A stretch of DNA of 63,530 bases, the filler included, from an uncultured Clostridia bacterium (GTDB taxonomy: Bacteria; CAYTYR01; UBA6262): assembly GCA_964441745.1 (NCBI GenBank). It is 3 parts of 3 records of this genome, joined end to end, with 100 filler letters (N's around TTAATTAATTAA, not from the genome) between each part and the next. Parts side by side here need not be neighbours in the genome. Positions count along the whole stretch, not along the records: positions 11,564 to 42,567 come from CAYTYR010000020.1; 2 more parts are not named here. The stretch is one strand, 5' to 3'. This document shows positions 20,037 through 29,977 of this stretch, piece by piece (within the stretch, counting starts at the first letter, position 1; each line of letters begins with the position of its first letter). The notes under the pieces were generated by a model. That model was not told where the DNA came from, did not search any database, and was given only the letters and a program-made list of their open reading frames with translations. A program made the translations under genes and the position numbers.

Positions 20037-20615
20037 CTAATTGCTCTGCGGGCTTCCATTTGATACAAAAATAGCTGTTGACCCCGTCGGGAAGGTTACT
20101 GCTCCGGTAGCGCTAACTGTTGGTACCTGGTTCACCCTATTCGTACCGTTAGACCAGAGTACATAATACCCGTTAGCCGTACAATAATAACCATATTCCA
20201 GATTACCGGCGGCTGGAGAGAACGGGTCAATCAATTCAGCGTTTAACATAACCGGTCCGGTTGTTCCTAATGGGGTTGCGGCACTCCACGCCACCGTCAA
20301 ATGGGTAGTTTGCCATCCTGTTGTTACAGCTCTTAAAGCAGCTGTCCCGGCATTATAAAGAGCCATGGCTCCAGTATCTGTTGCATTCGGATATTTAGTT
20401 ATGCCATTGGAACGCGGTGCAGCAGCATAAGCTTCAACAGCGGTTCTCAGTGTAGCCAGGTTTGACCGGACTTTAGATTTCTGACCTTCATCCTGCATGC
20501 CTCTAAAACGCGGCAAGCTGATACCGATCAAAATAGCGATGATCGCCATTACGATCAGCAGTTCGATCAGGGTAAAACCTTTTTTACTTTTTAACAATCT
20601 CATCATTTTTTTCAC
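20037..20615 (-). CDS. Probable major type IV pilin / GspG-like pseudopilin
   Basis: KKG/FTLIELLIVMAIIAILIGI; strong GGAGG RBS; downstream hairpin; DPF...Y.Y..Y.LWS.G motif. Confidence 0.88.
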   Translation of the reverse strand: MKKMMRLLKSKKGFTLIELLIVMAIIAILIGISLPRFRGMQDEGQKSKVRSNLATLRTAVEAYAAAPRSNGITKYPNATDTGAMALYNAGTAALRAVTTGWQTTHLTVAWSAATPLGTTGPVMLNAELIDPFSPAAGNLEYGYYCTANGYYVLWSNGTNRVNQVPTVSATGAVTFPTGSTAIFVSNGSPQSN

Positions 20616-20663
20616 CTCCTCTCTCTATAAAATATACCACTTTTTCGTCTATAATTCAAGGGG

Positions 20664-21872
20664 TTATTTAACTACTTTCATCATCTCAAACATGGGCAAA
20701 AAGACACTTGCCAGCAGAAAACCCACTGCCGATCCGACCAGTATCAGGAACAATGGTTCGATCAAAGTGGTTAATTTTTTCACGCTGTAATTTACGCTGG
20801 TATCATAATAATCAGCGATCTTAGTCAACATCAGATCTAAACTGCCTGACTCTTCGCCTACCGCGATCATCTGGATAGTATCCGGGGGAAACTCTTCACT
20901 GATACGCAGAGGTTCAGCAATTTTACTCCCTTCGCTGACCCCGTCCCTAACTCTCTTGATCACCCGCGCGATGATCTCATTACCCACTACTTTTTCGACA
21001 ATTTCCAGGCCTTCCAGGATGGGTACGCCGCTGGCAGTTAAAGTAGAGAGAGTGCGGGCAAACCTGGCAATGGCCAGCTTCCTGGCTAATAACCCAATCA
21101 CCGGGAGTTTCAATAAATATTTATCAAATAAAAATTTCCCTTTAGCCGTTTTAAAATATTTTTTTAAGGCCGCAGCCAGAGCGATAAAACCACCGATGAT
21201 AACGTACCAGAATTTTTTGACGATCTGGCTAAAAATGAATACTATTTGCGTGGGCAAGGGGAGCTTGACCCCGGCTTTTAAAAACACATCCACGAACATC
21301 GGGATGAGAAAGATGGATAAAAACATAATAACACCAAACCCCACGATCACCAGGATGATCGGATAAACCATGGCTCCCTTGATTTTTTCTTCCAAATCAG
21401 CCTGGTGCTCGGCAAAAATAGCCAGGCGATTCATAACCTGGTCCAGAGTACCGCTAACCTCGCCGGCATGGACCATCTGGATCATCAAGGGCGTAAAAAC
21501 CTGCGGGTGCTTGGCTAGGGCGTCAGAAAAGGTACTGCCAGCCTCAATACTGCGATAAACATCCTGAATCACATCCCGAAACTTGCGGTTCTCCACTTGT
21601 TTAGTAAGCGTTCGTAAACTTGTTAATAAGGACAAGCCGGCAGCAATCATGTTAGCCAGCTGGACATTGAACAAGATCAGGTCCTGATTACTAACCTTGG
21701 TGAAGCGTTGGCCAAAACTAAGTTTTAATGCCGTTTTTTGTTCGGTAATTTCAGTGACAAAATAGCCAATGCCACTCAGCTTGATCGCCAAGGCTTCACG
21801 GTTTTTGGCTTCCATGATCCCTTTGATCTGTTTTCCTAATTCATCTCTGGCTTTATAAACAAAAAGCGGCAC
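20664..21872 (-). CDS. pilC: Type IV pilus inner-membrane platform protein (PilC/GspF); ORF extends to 21890
   Basis: F.YKARD..G, AGEVSG.LD, AMVYP, VGEESG.LD.ML, LIEP. Confidence 0.93.
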   Translation of the reverse strand: MPLFVYKARDELGKQIKGIMEAKNREALAIKLSGIGYFVTEITEQKTALKLSFGQRFTKVSNQDLILFNVQLANMIAAGLSLLTSLRTLTKQVENRKFRDVIQDVYRSIEAGSTFSDALAKHPQVFTPLMIQMVHAGEVSGTLDQVMNRLAIFAEHQADLEEKIKGAMVYPIILVIVGFGVIMFLSIFLIPMFVDVFLKAGVKLPLPTQIVFIFSQIVKKFWYVIIGGFIALAAALKKYFKTAKGKFLFDKYLLKLPVIGLLARKLAIARFARTLSTLTASGVPILEGLEIVEKVVGNEIIARVIKRVRDGVSEGSKIAEPLRISEEFPPDTIQMIAVGEESGSLDLMLTKIADYYDTSVNYSVKKLTTLIEPLFLILVGSAVGFLLASVFLPMFEMMKVVK

Positions 21873-21891
21873 ACACTCTCCCACAAGCACG

Positions 21892-21980
21892 AAATTCTAA
21901 TATCGAAATACTAAACGCTTTTGTTTTGGATTTAATCAATTTGAATTTATTTCGAATTTCGGATTTAGATATTCGAATTT
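21892..21980. repeat. Empty heptamer-array inverted repeat (AAATYCT family)
   Basis: aaattct-aatatcg-aaatact-aaac ... ttcgaatttcggatttagatattcgaattt, between pilB and pilC. Confidence 0.75.
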
Positions 21981-21984
21981 GTTC

Positions 21985-23685
21985 CTAGTCTTCCTGCGTG
22001 GCCCGGATCACTTCTTCCACCGTCGTGATTCCCTGTTTGACTTTAAGGAGGCCGTCATCACGCATGGTTTTCATGCCCGCGAGCACAGCTTCTTTTCTGA
22101 TCACATCCATGGAAGTTTTTTGTACGATCAGGCTGCGGATCTTATCGTTCGGCAGCAACAACTCAAAGATACATATACGTCCTTTATAACCTGTATTTAA
22201 ACATGTTTTACAGCCTTTACCATGATATATCTTGAGGTCTTTTTGCTTGGGGTCTAAGCCAGCCTGAACTAACAAAGCCTCTGGCGGCTGGTACTCTTCT
22301 TTGCAATTCGGGCAGATCTTACGGACTAAACGCTGGCCAATGATCGCCAACATTGAAGATGAAACCAGGAACGGTTCTACGCCCATATCCACTAACCTGG
22401 TGGCGGCGCCGGGGGCATTATTCGTGTGCAGGGTACTGAACACTAAATGGCCGGTCAGGGCGGCCTGGATCGCAATTTCCGCAGTTTCCACATCTCTTAT
22501 TTCACCTACCATCACAATGTCAGGATCTTGCCGCAAAATAGCCCGCAGGCCAGAAGCGAAAGTAAGTCCGGCCTTGACATTCACCTGGGCCTGGCGGATC
22601 AGCTTCAGACGGTATTCCACCGGATCTTCGACGGTGATAATATTTTTGTCAACAGTATTGATCACATTCAAGGAACTATAAAGAGTAGTGGTTTTACCGC
22701 TGCCGGTCGGGCCGGTGACCAAAACGATCCCATAAGATTTATGAATAGTATTAGTATATTCTTGCAGTATATCAGAGGCAAAGCCCAGCTGCTCCAAACC
22801 TAAAAGAGCTTTAGAAACATCCAATATTCTCATCACCACGTTTTCCCCATGGATTGTGGGTAAGGTGGAGACACGCATATCTACCTGGCGGTTTTCCACC
22901 TTGATCCTGAACCGGCCATCCTGAGGCACCCGTTTTTCAGCAATATCCATTTCACTCATGATCTTAAGGCGGGAAATAACAGCTGCCTGTAGATTTTTTG
23001 GCGGCGCCGGCACTTCCTGCATCACGCCATCGATCCGATACCGAATGCGCAGCATATTTTCTTCAGGCTCAACATGAATATCGCTGGCCCCGTCACGTAT
23101 AGCATTCAAGATAAGTATGTTCACTAGTTTGATAACCGGAGCTTCTTCAGCCAATTCAGCCAGTTTCTTGTTTTCAATATCATGCTCGCCAGTGCCCAGC
23201 AGTTCGCCTTGTTCCTCTTCGATCTTCTTGATCACTTCATCCATCGTCCCGGTAACGCCGTAATACTGATCAATAGCTTTCTTGATATCACTTTCCATGG
23301 CTAAGGCCGGCTCAACTGTACAACCAGCTTTTAAGCTTACCTCATCGATGGCAAAAACATTCAGCGGATCTACCATCGCCACGGTTAAAGTATCCCCGAT
23401 CTTGAATAAGGGGACCAACTGGTGTTTCCTGGCGACGAATTCCGGTACCAGATTGATCGTATCAGGATCCACGAGATAGTCTTTCAAGTCCACATGGGGA
23501 ATCCCTAATTGTTCACCCAGGAAGCTGATCAGCGCTTCTTCATTGATCAGGTTTAAGCGAACCAATACTTTACCCAGACGCTCGCCTGTTTCTTTCTGGA
23601 CTCGCAGCGCTTCATCTATCTGCTGTTTGCTGACCAGGCCGGCTTCTACCAGGATTTCGCCTAATTTTTTCTTTTCGCCTTTCAT
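21985..23685 (-). CDS. pilB: Type IV pilus assembly ATPase with N-terminal MshEN domain
   Basis: KLGEILV..G...ALRVQ...RLGKVLV (MshEN), GPTGSGKTT, LRQDPD.VMVGEIRD, zinc-binding CxxC pairs. Confidence 0.95.
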   Translation of the reverse strand: MKGEKKKLGEILVEAGLVSKQQIDEALRVQKETGERLGKVLVRLNLINEEALISFLGEQLGIPHVDLKDYLVDPDTINLVPEFVARKHQLVPLFKIGDTLTVAMVDPLNVFAIDEVSLKAGCTVEPALAMESDIKKAIDQYYGVTGTMDEVIKKIEEEQGELLGTGEHDIENKKLAELAEEAPVIKLVNILILNAIRDGASDIHVEPEENMLRIRYRIDGVMQEVPAPPKNLQAAVISRLKIMSEMDIAEKRVPQDGRFRIKVENRQVDMRVSTLPTIHGENVVMRILDVSKALLGLEQLGFASDILQEYTNTIHKSYGIVLVTGPTGSGKTTTLYSSLNVINTVDKNIITVEDPVEYRLKLIRQAQVNVKAGLTFASGLRAILRQDPDIVMVGEIRDVETAEIAIQAALTGHLVFSTLHTNNAPGAATRLVDMGVEPFLVSSSMLAIIGQRLVRKICPNCKEEYQPPEALLVQAGLDPKQKDLKIYHGKGCKTCLNTGYKGRICIFELLLPNDKIRSLIVQKTSMDVIRKEAVLAGMKTMRDDGLLKVKQGITTVEEVIRATQED

Positions 23686-24075
23686 TTAGACTCCGGTTTT
23701 TTTGGCATCAGCTAATACCTGATTTATTTTTTTAATCAATTCTTCAGGTTCAAAGGGTTTGGTCATATAACCGTCAGCTCCGGTCTTAAAACCTGTTTCT
23801 TTATCAACTTCCTGGATCCGCGCGGTCAGCATAATAATAGGAATATGCTTATACTTATCATCAAATTTAAGGATGCGGCAAACTTTAAATCCATCCATTT
23901 TAGGCAGCATGATATCCAAAACGATCAAATCAGGATTTTCCGTCCGGGCCATTTCTAATCCCTGGAAACCATCTGTCGCCAGGACAACCTCGAATCCCGC
24001 GCTTTCCAGATTGATCCGGTCTAATTCTCTGATCAAGGCATCATCTTCCACTACTAGTATTTTTTTGCCTGGCAT
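23686..24075 (-). CDS. Single-domain response regulator receiver
   Basis: ILVVEDD, LDIMLP, MLTA, TKPF. Confidence 0.93.
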   Translation of the reverse strand: MPGKKILVVEDDALIRELDRINLESAGFEVVLATDGFQGLEMARTENPDLIVLDIMLPKMDGFKVCRILKFDDKYKHIPIIMLTARIQEVDKETGFKTGADGYMTKPFEPEELIKKINQVLADAKKTGV

Positions 24076-24099
24076 GTTATCCCCCTTATATTAAGAACG

Positions 24100-24197
24100 G
24101 TTACGAGTTTCCGGTTTCCAGTTTCAGGTTTTGATAAATGCAAGTATTATTAATCCTCTATTTTTAACTCGCAACTCGTAACCTGAAACTTGTTAAC
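24100..24197. repeat. Heptamer-array inverted repeat (GTTWCNR family)
   Basis: gttacga-gtttccg-gtttcca-gtttcag ... aactcgc-aactcgt-aacctga-aacttgt. Confidence 0.75.
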
Positions 24198-24202
24198 TTT
24201 CT

Positions 24203-24565
24203 TTATTCTAACAGTTTAGCTATCTTTGCTGCTAATTCCAATGGCTCAAAAGGCTTGGTAATATATTCGTCTGCTCCAGCCTGGATCCCGGCTTCGAGCT
24301 CTTCTTTCTGCGCTTTGGCCGAAATCATAATCACTTTAATACCTTTCGTCGCGGGATTACTTTTGATCTGCCGGCACACATCATGGCCGTTCAGGTCAGG
24401 CATCATGACATCCAGCAAAACTAAATCAACTTTTTCTTTTAAAGCTTTTTCCAGGCCTTCCCGTCCGTTAGGAGCCCGGATAATTTCAAATTTAGTCGTA
24501 TCAAAACTAAATTCAAATAGATCCAGTATGAGCGGGTCATCATCAACTATCAATATTTTTTTCAT
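24203..24565 (-). CDS. Single-domain response regulator receiver
   Basis: ILIVDDD, LLDVMMP, MISA, TKPF. Confidence 0.93.
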   Translation of the reverse strand: MKKILIVDDDPLILDLFEFSFDTTKFEIIRAPNGREGLEKALKEKVDLVLLDVMMPDLNGHDVCRQIKSNPATKGIKVIMISAKAQKEELEAGIQAGADEYITKPFEPLELAAKIAKLLE

Positions 24566-24571
24566 CTGTTT

Positions 24572-27112
24572 TTATCCTATAATCCTGGCTATTTCACTTA
24601 CTAATTCTTTGACCTTAAAAGGCTTAGTTATATATTTGACCGCGCCTAATTCCAGGCCTTTGCGCTTATCTTCTTCCATTTTGCGGGCGGAGATGATTAA
24701 TACCGGTATTTTTTGAATGAACAGGTCTGGATCGCTTTTAAGCGTTTTCAGCACCGTATAACCATCGATTTTAGGCATCATGACATCCAGCAGAAGCAAG
24801 TCTGGTTTTATTTCCTTGGCCTTAGCCAGGGCTTCTTCACCATCGACAGCGACCTTGGTATTGTATCCTTCCTCCTGCAAGCTGATCTTAATCAATTCCA
24901 CCACATTAGGTTCATCATCGGCGATTAATATGGTCCCTCTTTTCTTGGTCCCGCGCACTCCCAGAATTTCGCTTACTTTACTTAAGAGTTGCTTCTTATC
25001 AACAGGCTTGGTTAAATAATCATTTACTCCTAATTGGCGGGTTTGGGATTCCCGGTCATGTAATATCGACACGATCATCACCGGGATATTTTTTGTTTGC
25101 GGATCTTCTTTAAGGGTCTTTAAAACCTGGATACCGTCAATATCCGGTAGTTTAATATCTAATAAGACCAAATCCGGGCGGCCTTCCCTGGCCCGCTCGA
25201 TGGCCTGGCGCCCGGTTAAGGCCCAAATCACATGATAGCCTTCATCTTCCAGGTAGATCTTATGCAAATTCAGGATATCCTGCTCATCGTCAACCAGCAA
25301 AATGGTTTTTTGGCCGGGCAAGGCGTGATTGGGACCGGCCGCCCTGATCAAATCATCATCGTTAGCCATCGGCCGGAAAGCCGGCAGAAGGAAACAAAAA
25401 CGACTGCCTTTATTCTCGCCATCGCTTTCAGCCCAAACCTTCCCTTCATGCATTTCAACGATGCGTTTAACAATGGCTAATCCTAGCCCGGCGCCGCCAG
25501 TCTGCCTGGTGGAAGATGAATCTACCTGATAAAACTTATCGAATATTTTTTCCAGTTCTCCTCCCGGAATTCCTATGCCGGTATCACTGATACGCGCTTC
25601 TACATTCCGGTCTTTTTCGAATATTTCAATTATCACCCGGCCATTCTCCGGCGTGAATTTTAAAGCATTCGTGAGAAAATTAGCTAATACCTGTATTAAT
25701 TTATCCTTATCCGCATAGACAAACGGCAGGTCATCTTGAATGATCGCGGTCAAGTTTATTTTTTTCTGGTCAAAATGAGCTCTCATCCGCTCAATGATAG
25801 TTTCAGTCAGGGCTTTGAGACTGACCGAGGACTTGTTCATCCGTACCTGCCCAGCCTCGATCCTGGACAAGTTAAGCAGATCCGTAATTAAATTAGTTAA
25901 ATGATCGCTTTGCTCTTCGACAATTTTTAGGAATCGTTTTTGGTTTTCATTAGTTTCCCCGGCCCGGCCAGCCAGCATGAGTGCGGTATAGCCCTTGATC
26001 GAAGTGAGCGGTGAGCGCAATTCATGTGAGACCATGGAAAGAAAATCACTTTTAGCCTGATTAAGCTCCCTGAGTTTGACTACTAATTGTTGTTCTTGTG
26101 AATAAAGACGGGCATTTTCCAGGGCAATAGCCGCTTGATCGCCAAAAGCTTTCACCAGATCAATTTGGTGCTGGGTAAATTGGCAAGTTTGCTTGGTATA
26201 GAGGCAAAAAGCGCCTTTAGCCGTATTTTTCATCACTAAAGGAACGCATAAAAGCGAAGCCATTTTTTCTTCAGAGACAATAGGTGATGACTGATAAGTG
26301 GCTTCCTGGCTAATATCAGGAATAATAACTACTCTTTTTTCCTGTACTGCTTTGCCAGTAATAGAGCCATCTAGCCTTACTTTCTCCGGGTGGTGGCTGA
26401 CCTTAACCCCAAAACTGGCACTAAGGACCAGATCTTGACCATCGTCACTCAACAGCCGCAAAGTACAGGCATCAGCTTTGGCAAATTCGGTTATCGCCTT
26501 GACAATAAAATCAAGGACTTCTTTGAGATCCAGGCTGGCGCTCATCATGGTACATAGTTTAATCAGGGATTGAAGTTCTTTTTGCTGCAGCTGGGTTTCT
26601 TTCTCAGCTTGCTTCAGGAGAGTAATATCATTAAAAAGATAGATAGAGCCAGCGATCTTGCCGGCATGGTAGAGCGGCAATATTTTGACCATGACCTCAA
26701 TAGCCCGGTCATTTTTAGAACGCAGGGAGGTCTGCACTAAGCGCGGGTCGCCGGCCTGCCGAAAATTAATTTCTTTTTTAAATTCATTCCTGGCTTGTTC
26801 CTCCACCAGTTCCAGCAGGTTCCTGCCCCGCAATTCCGCCGCTGTATATTCCAGGAATTTTTCCCCGCGGTAATTAATGAAAGTAATAGCCTCGGTCAGG
26901 TCACAAACTATGACCGCATCTATTCCTTCCGTCAGAACACTGACGGCAATCTCGGTTTCCTCATCCAGCCCGGTAATTTCCAGGTTCGGTTCTTCCTCTT
27001 TTTGTCCGAGTTTTTTTACGCCCCTGTTTTGTAGAAAAATACCGGCCAGCAGAACCGTAATAATACCTATAAAAAACATGAGGAATAGATTAAAGAGGTG
27101 GTTGATGGTCAT
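24572..27112 (-). CDS. Hybrid sensor kinase TM-PAS-GAF-HisKA-HATPase-REC-REC
   Basis: PAS-like (EGIDAVIV...IN), GAF (LCVPL...QAAIALENARL), SHELRSPL, GAGLGL, two receiver domains. Confidence 0.93.
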   Translation of the reverse strand: MTINHLFNLFLMFFIGIITVLLAGIFLQNRGVKKLGQKEEEPNLEITGLDEETEIAVSVLTEGIDAVIVCDLTEAITFINYRGEKFLEYTAAELRGRNLLELVEEQARNEFKKEINFRQAGDPRLVQTSLRSKNDRAIEVMVKILPLYHAGKIAGSIYLFNDITLLKQAEKETQLQQKELQSLIKLCTMMSASLDLKEVLDFIVKAITEFAKADACTLRLLSDDGQDLVLSASFGVKVSHHPEKVRLDGSITGKAVQEKRVVIIPDISQEATYQSSPIVSEEKMASLLCVPLVMKNTAKGAFCLYTKQTCQFTQHQIDLVKAFGDQAAIALENARLYSQEQQLVVKLRELNQAKSDFLSMVSHELRSPLTSIKGYTALMLAGRAGETNENQKRFLKIVEEQSDHLTNLITDLLNLSRIEAGQVRMNKSSVSLKALTETIIERMRAHFDQKKINLTAIIQDDLPFVYADKDKLIQVLANFLTNALKFTPENGRVIIEIFEKDRNVEARISDTGIGIPGGELEKIFDKFYQVDSSSTRQTGGAGLGLAIVKRIVEMHEGKVWAESDGENKGSRFCFLLPAFRPMANDDDLIRAAGPNHALPGQKTILLVDDEQDILNLHKIYLEDEGYHVIWALTGRQAIERAREGRPDLVLLDIKLPDIDGIQVLKTLKEDPQTKNIPVMIVSILHDRESQTRQLGVNDYLTKPVDKKQLLSKVSEILGVRGTKKRGTILIADDEPNVVELIKISLQEEGYNTKVAVDGEEALAKAKEIKPDLLLLDVMMPKIDGYTVLKTLKSDPDLFIQKIPVLIISARKMEEDKRKGLELGAVKYITKPFKVKELVSEIARIIG

Positions 27113-27143
27113 CGGTGATTGTGTACCTGCTTTTTAAGCTAGT

Positions 27144-28574
27144 TTAGAATATTTCCGAATAGATCATTACTTGGTTGCGGCCATGAGCTTTGCCCCAATT
27201 AAGCGCCTCTTGCGCCATTTTCAGCAGTTCTTCCTTGTCATCACTGTCCCCCGGGAAAGTGCCAACACCAATGGTTACAGTTATATTGATCACGCCATTA
27301 GGCACAACAAACCCATGATTTTCGACCAATTGCCGGATGCGGGAGGCCACTGACCTTGAGCCTTCCCTGGGAGTATTAGGCAGGATCATCACTACGCCAT
27401 CTCCCTCAAAACGAGCGGCAAAATCAACTTCGCGGGTATTGTTCATGACAATTTTTGCCAGCTCTTGCAGGATTGTATCCCCGACCGGATGGCCATAGGT
27501 ATCATTGTAGACCTTGAAATGATCCACATCCAGGATGAGCAGGGAAAGCTCTTGCTTGAACCTCCTGGCCCGGGCTAATTCTTCTCCCAGTCTTTGATTG
27601 AAATATTTTTGCACATAAAGCCTGGTCAAATTATCAATAATCGTGGCTTCTTCCATTTTTTTAGAGAGACGGATGCTATGGATAGCGGTAGCTAGCTGGT
27701 TGGCAAATAAGAGGAGGTACTTTTCATCTTCAGCAGACAGCAGCTGTTTGGAAAAAACATTGTCGATGGTTAATACACCAAGGTACTCGTCTTTGGTTTT
27801 AATAGGCAGGTTGATGATCGGTTTCTGCCTGATGTCATCAACTTGTTTAGAAAAGAGTGCATCCACAACTTCATTTACACCCGGCTTAACCGGATATTTA
27901 TATTCATCAATGGACCGGATGGTCCCCTGGCTGTCAACGGCTATTTTCCCTTGCAGTACATTTTTATCATGCTCGATTAAAAAGAGCTTCGCCCGGTCAA
28001 CGCCCAAGTGTTTAACAATACTTTTCAGGATTATTTCCAGGGCATCGCCCAGGTCAAGGGTCCTGACAATTGAATTATTGATCTTGGACAAGATCAATAA
28101 TTCATCAGTCAGGTTCTGGTTCCGGTCCTGCAGTAACGCGCTCTCCACGCCGATCCCAAACCTGGCGACAAACTCCTGGAAATGTTTCAGCTGATCTTCG
28201 CTCAAAGGAGTGCGGGTAACCACATTATCTACCCGGACCAGGCCAAATACGCCCCGTTCATTTTTCAGTGGCAGGTAAGCGCCTAATCCCCCATCACTCA
28301 TTACCAGCGCCCGTTTACCCAAAACCAGCTCTGTCAACTCCTGGTTACCGCTCTCACTGGAAACCTTTTCCTCCAGCTCGATCAGGCCTTTCTGGTCAAT
28401 GATAAAGCGGCTGCGATACACCTGTTCATTTTTATCCAGCATAAAAACTGCCGCCCGGTCACAATTAATATATTCCACTAATATTTGTAACCCGGTTTTC
28501 AAGACTGCATTTAATCCGTTTTTAATGTCCTTAAAGGCTTCTACTAATTCTTCCCAGATCTTTTTTTCGGTCAT
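27144..28574 (-). CDS. GAF-GAF-GGDEF protein with degenerate active site (EGDGV); ORF extends to 28601
   Basis: D.LT.LY, LDVDHFK.YND.YGH..GD, REVD I-site then RFEGDG; GGAGG RBS before the 28574 ATG. Confidence 0.88.
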   Translation of the reverse strand: MTEKKIWEELVEAFKDIKNGLNAVLKTGLQILVEYINCDRAAVFMLDKNEQVYRSRFIIDQKGLIELEEKVSSESGNQELTELVLGKRALVMSDGGLGAYLPLKNERGVFGLVRVDNVVTRTPLSEDQLKHFQEFVARFGIGVESALLQDRNQNLTDELLILSKINNSIVRTLDLGDALEIILKSIVKHLGVDRAKLFLIEHDKNVLQGKIAVDSQGTIRSIDEYKYPVKPGVNEVVDALFSKQVDDIRQKPIINLPIKTKDEYLGVLTIDNVFSKQLLSAEDEKYLLLFANQLATAIHSIRLSKKMEEATIIDNLTRLYVQKYFNQRLGEELARARRFKQELSLLILDVDHFKVYNDTYGHPVGDTILQELAKIVMNNTREVDFAARFEGDGVVMILPNTPREGSRSVASRIRQLVENHGFVVPNGVINITVTIGVGTFPGDSDDKEELLKMAQEALNWGKAHGRNQVMIYSEIF

Positions 28575-28604
28575 AGTTGCCTCCCAGCACAAACATTTCA
28601 CTTT

Positions 28605-28633
28605 AATCTAACATATCTACCCATTTTTGTCAA
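28605..28633 (-). promoter_or_regulatory. Sigma70 promoter TTGACA-N17-TAGATT with extended -10 TG
   Basis: Perfect -35, 17-nt spacer, TGn motif; heads the GGDEF-kinase-pil gene run. Confidence 0.7.
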
Positions 28634-28637
28634 TAAA

Positions 28638-28715
28638 TCCTTCGACTTTGCTCAGGATTAATACTGAGCGGCGCTAAACCTCGCTTTTTATATACGGTTT
28701 AGCGTCGTCGAATGT
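28638..28715. mobile_element. Palindromic MITE-like element, sibling of the panC insert
   Basis: TCCTTCGAC...GCTCAGGATTAATACTGAGCGGCGCT...GTCGAATGT, flanked by ATAAA direct repeats. Confidence 0.8.
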
Positions 28716-28721
28716 ATAAAA

Positions 28722-28754
28722 ACCCCTATCCATTTTTGCTCGATGAATAGGGGT
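28722..28754 (-). terminator. Hairpin terminator after the coiled-coil gene
   Basis: ACCCCTAT...ATAGGGGT stem followed by a short T run on the minus strand. Confidence 0.5.
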
Positions 28755-28788
28755 ATAAAATAAGCCTTATTTTACCGGTTTGCCGGGA

Positions 28789-29961
28789 TTAATTTCCACG
28801 CTCTACGGTCTCTATTTTTTGAAACCGCTTGTTCATTTCCGCAAACGTGGCATCCATGTCTTCAAAAATACGTTTCAAATCATTGATCTGGTCTTCCTGT
28901 TCCACCATTTTGTTGTGCATATGTTCTATATCGGCATTGACTTTATGCACATACTTGCTGTTTTCCTCCAGGCTTTTAGCAAACTTGTCCAATTCCGGGG
29001 GCTTGGTGGTCTCTTTCGGCATTTTACTTATCTCGGTTAAACTGCTTTGCATTTTAGTGACTATCTTACCAGACTCTTCCAGCTGTTTCTGGCTGTTCAC
29101 CAGCCATTCATTGAAGCGCCTGGTTTTATCGTATAAGTCTTCGATCCGTTTATTGATATTGGTAAAAAGCTCTTTGTGCTCTTCCTGCATTTTATACAAA
29201 ATTTCTTCGGTTTTACCGCTTTCTCCGCTTGATCGCAGCACATTATCAATCTGTTTATTAGTATCTTCTGCGCCTTTCTGCAATGCCGCCATCTTGGCTA
29301 GCAGGTCTTTATACTCAGTCTGCATCCGGGCGAGCGCTTCATCCGCTTTACCGCCCTGGGCGCCAGCTCGCAATACATTCTCGATCTGCTTTTTATTATC
29401 CTCAGTACCCTTTTGCAAAGATCCGAATTTGAGGACCAGGTCTTTGTACTCAGCCTGTATCCGCGCAAGCGCTTCATCCGTTTTACCACTCTGTGGAGCG
29501 GCTTTTTGCACGCTTTCTACCTGTTTCTTAGTTTCTTCGGTATAACGCTGCAAGGTGCCGACTTTAGCCATCAGATTCTTGTAATCTTCCTGCATTTTAC
29601 CCAGTATTTCATCAGTCTTGCCGCCCTGTCCGCCAGTACGCGGTACACTATCGACTACTTTTTTTAGCTCGTCAGCGCCTTTTTGCAGGGTAATAATCTG
29701 GGTATCCCACTTGTTGATCCGGCCGTATAAATCATCTACTTTACGATTAAGGTTCGTGTTCAGATTTTTAGCTTCGGCAAACATCGCATCATTCTCTTTG
29801 GTAAACTTTTTTAAAGCTTCGGGATCACCTGCCGGGAGAGTCCCTGCGGACAGGATACGATAGGCTTTGCGTAACCAGGAAATAAGGAAAAACACAATAA
29901 TTCCCATCACAAAAATCATGACATTAATGACAATTACATTGTATTCTTTCAAGAAACCCAT
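28789..29961 (-). CDS. Single-pass membrane coiled-coil protein with 45-aa tandem repeats, function unknown
   Basis: N-terminal TM; GK(T/A)DE.L..MQ.(E/D)YK.L...LQ...E...KQ...V unit recurring at 135-bp period. Confidence 0.8.
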   Translation of the reverse strand: MGFLKEYNVIVINVMIFVMGIIVFFLISWLRKAYRILSAGTLPAGDPEALKKFTKENDAMFAEAKNLNTNLNRKVDDLYGRINKWDTQIITLQKGADELKKVVDSVPRTGGQGGKTDEILGKMQEDYKNLMAKVGTLQRYTEETKKQVESVQKAAPQSGKTDEALARIQAEYKDLVLKFGSLQKGTEDNKKQIENVLRAGAQGGKADEALARMQTEYKDLLAKMAALQKGAEDTNKQIDNVLRSSGESGKTEEILYKMQEEHKELFTNINKRIEDLYDKTRRFNEWLVNSQKQLEESGKIVTKMQSSLTEISKMPKETTKPPELDKFAKSLEENSKYVHKVNADIEHMHNKMVEQEDQINDLKRIFEDMDATFAEMNKRFQKIETVERGN

Positions 29962-29977
29962 ACCCTCACCTCATCTT

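Noticed and set aside
28789-29961. Methyl-accepting chemotaxis protein
   Set aside because: Lacks the conserved signalling hairpin (LLALNAAIEAARAGE-type) sequence
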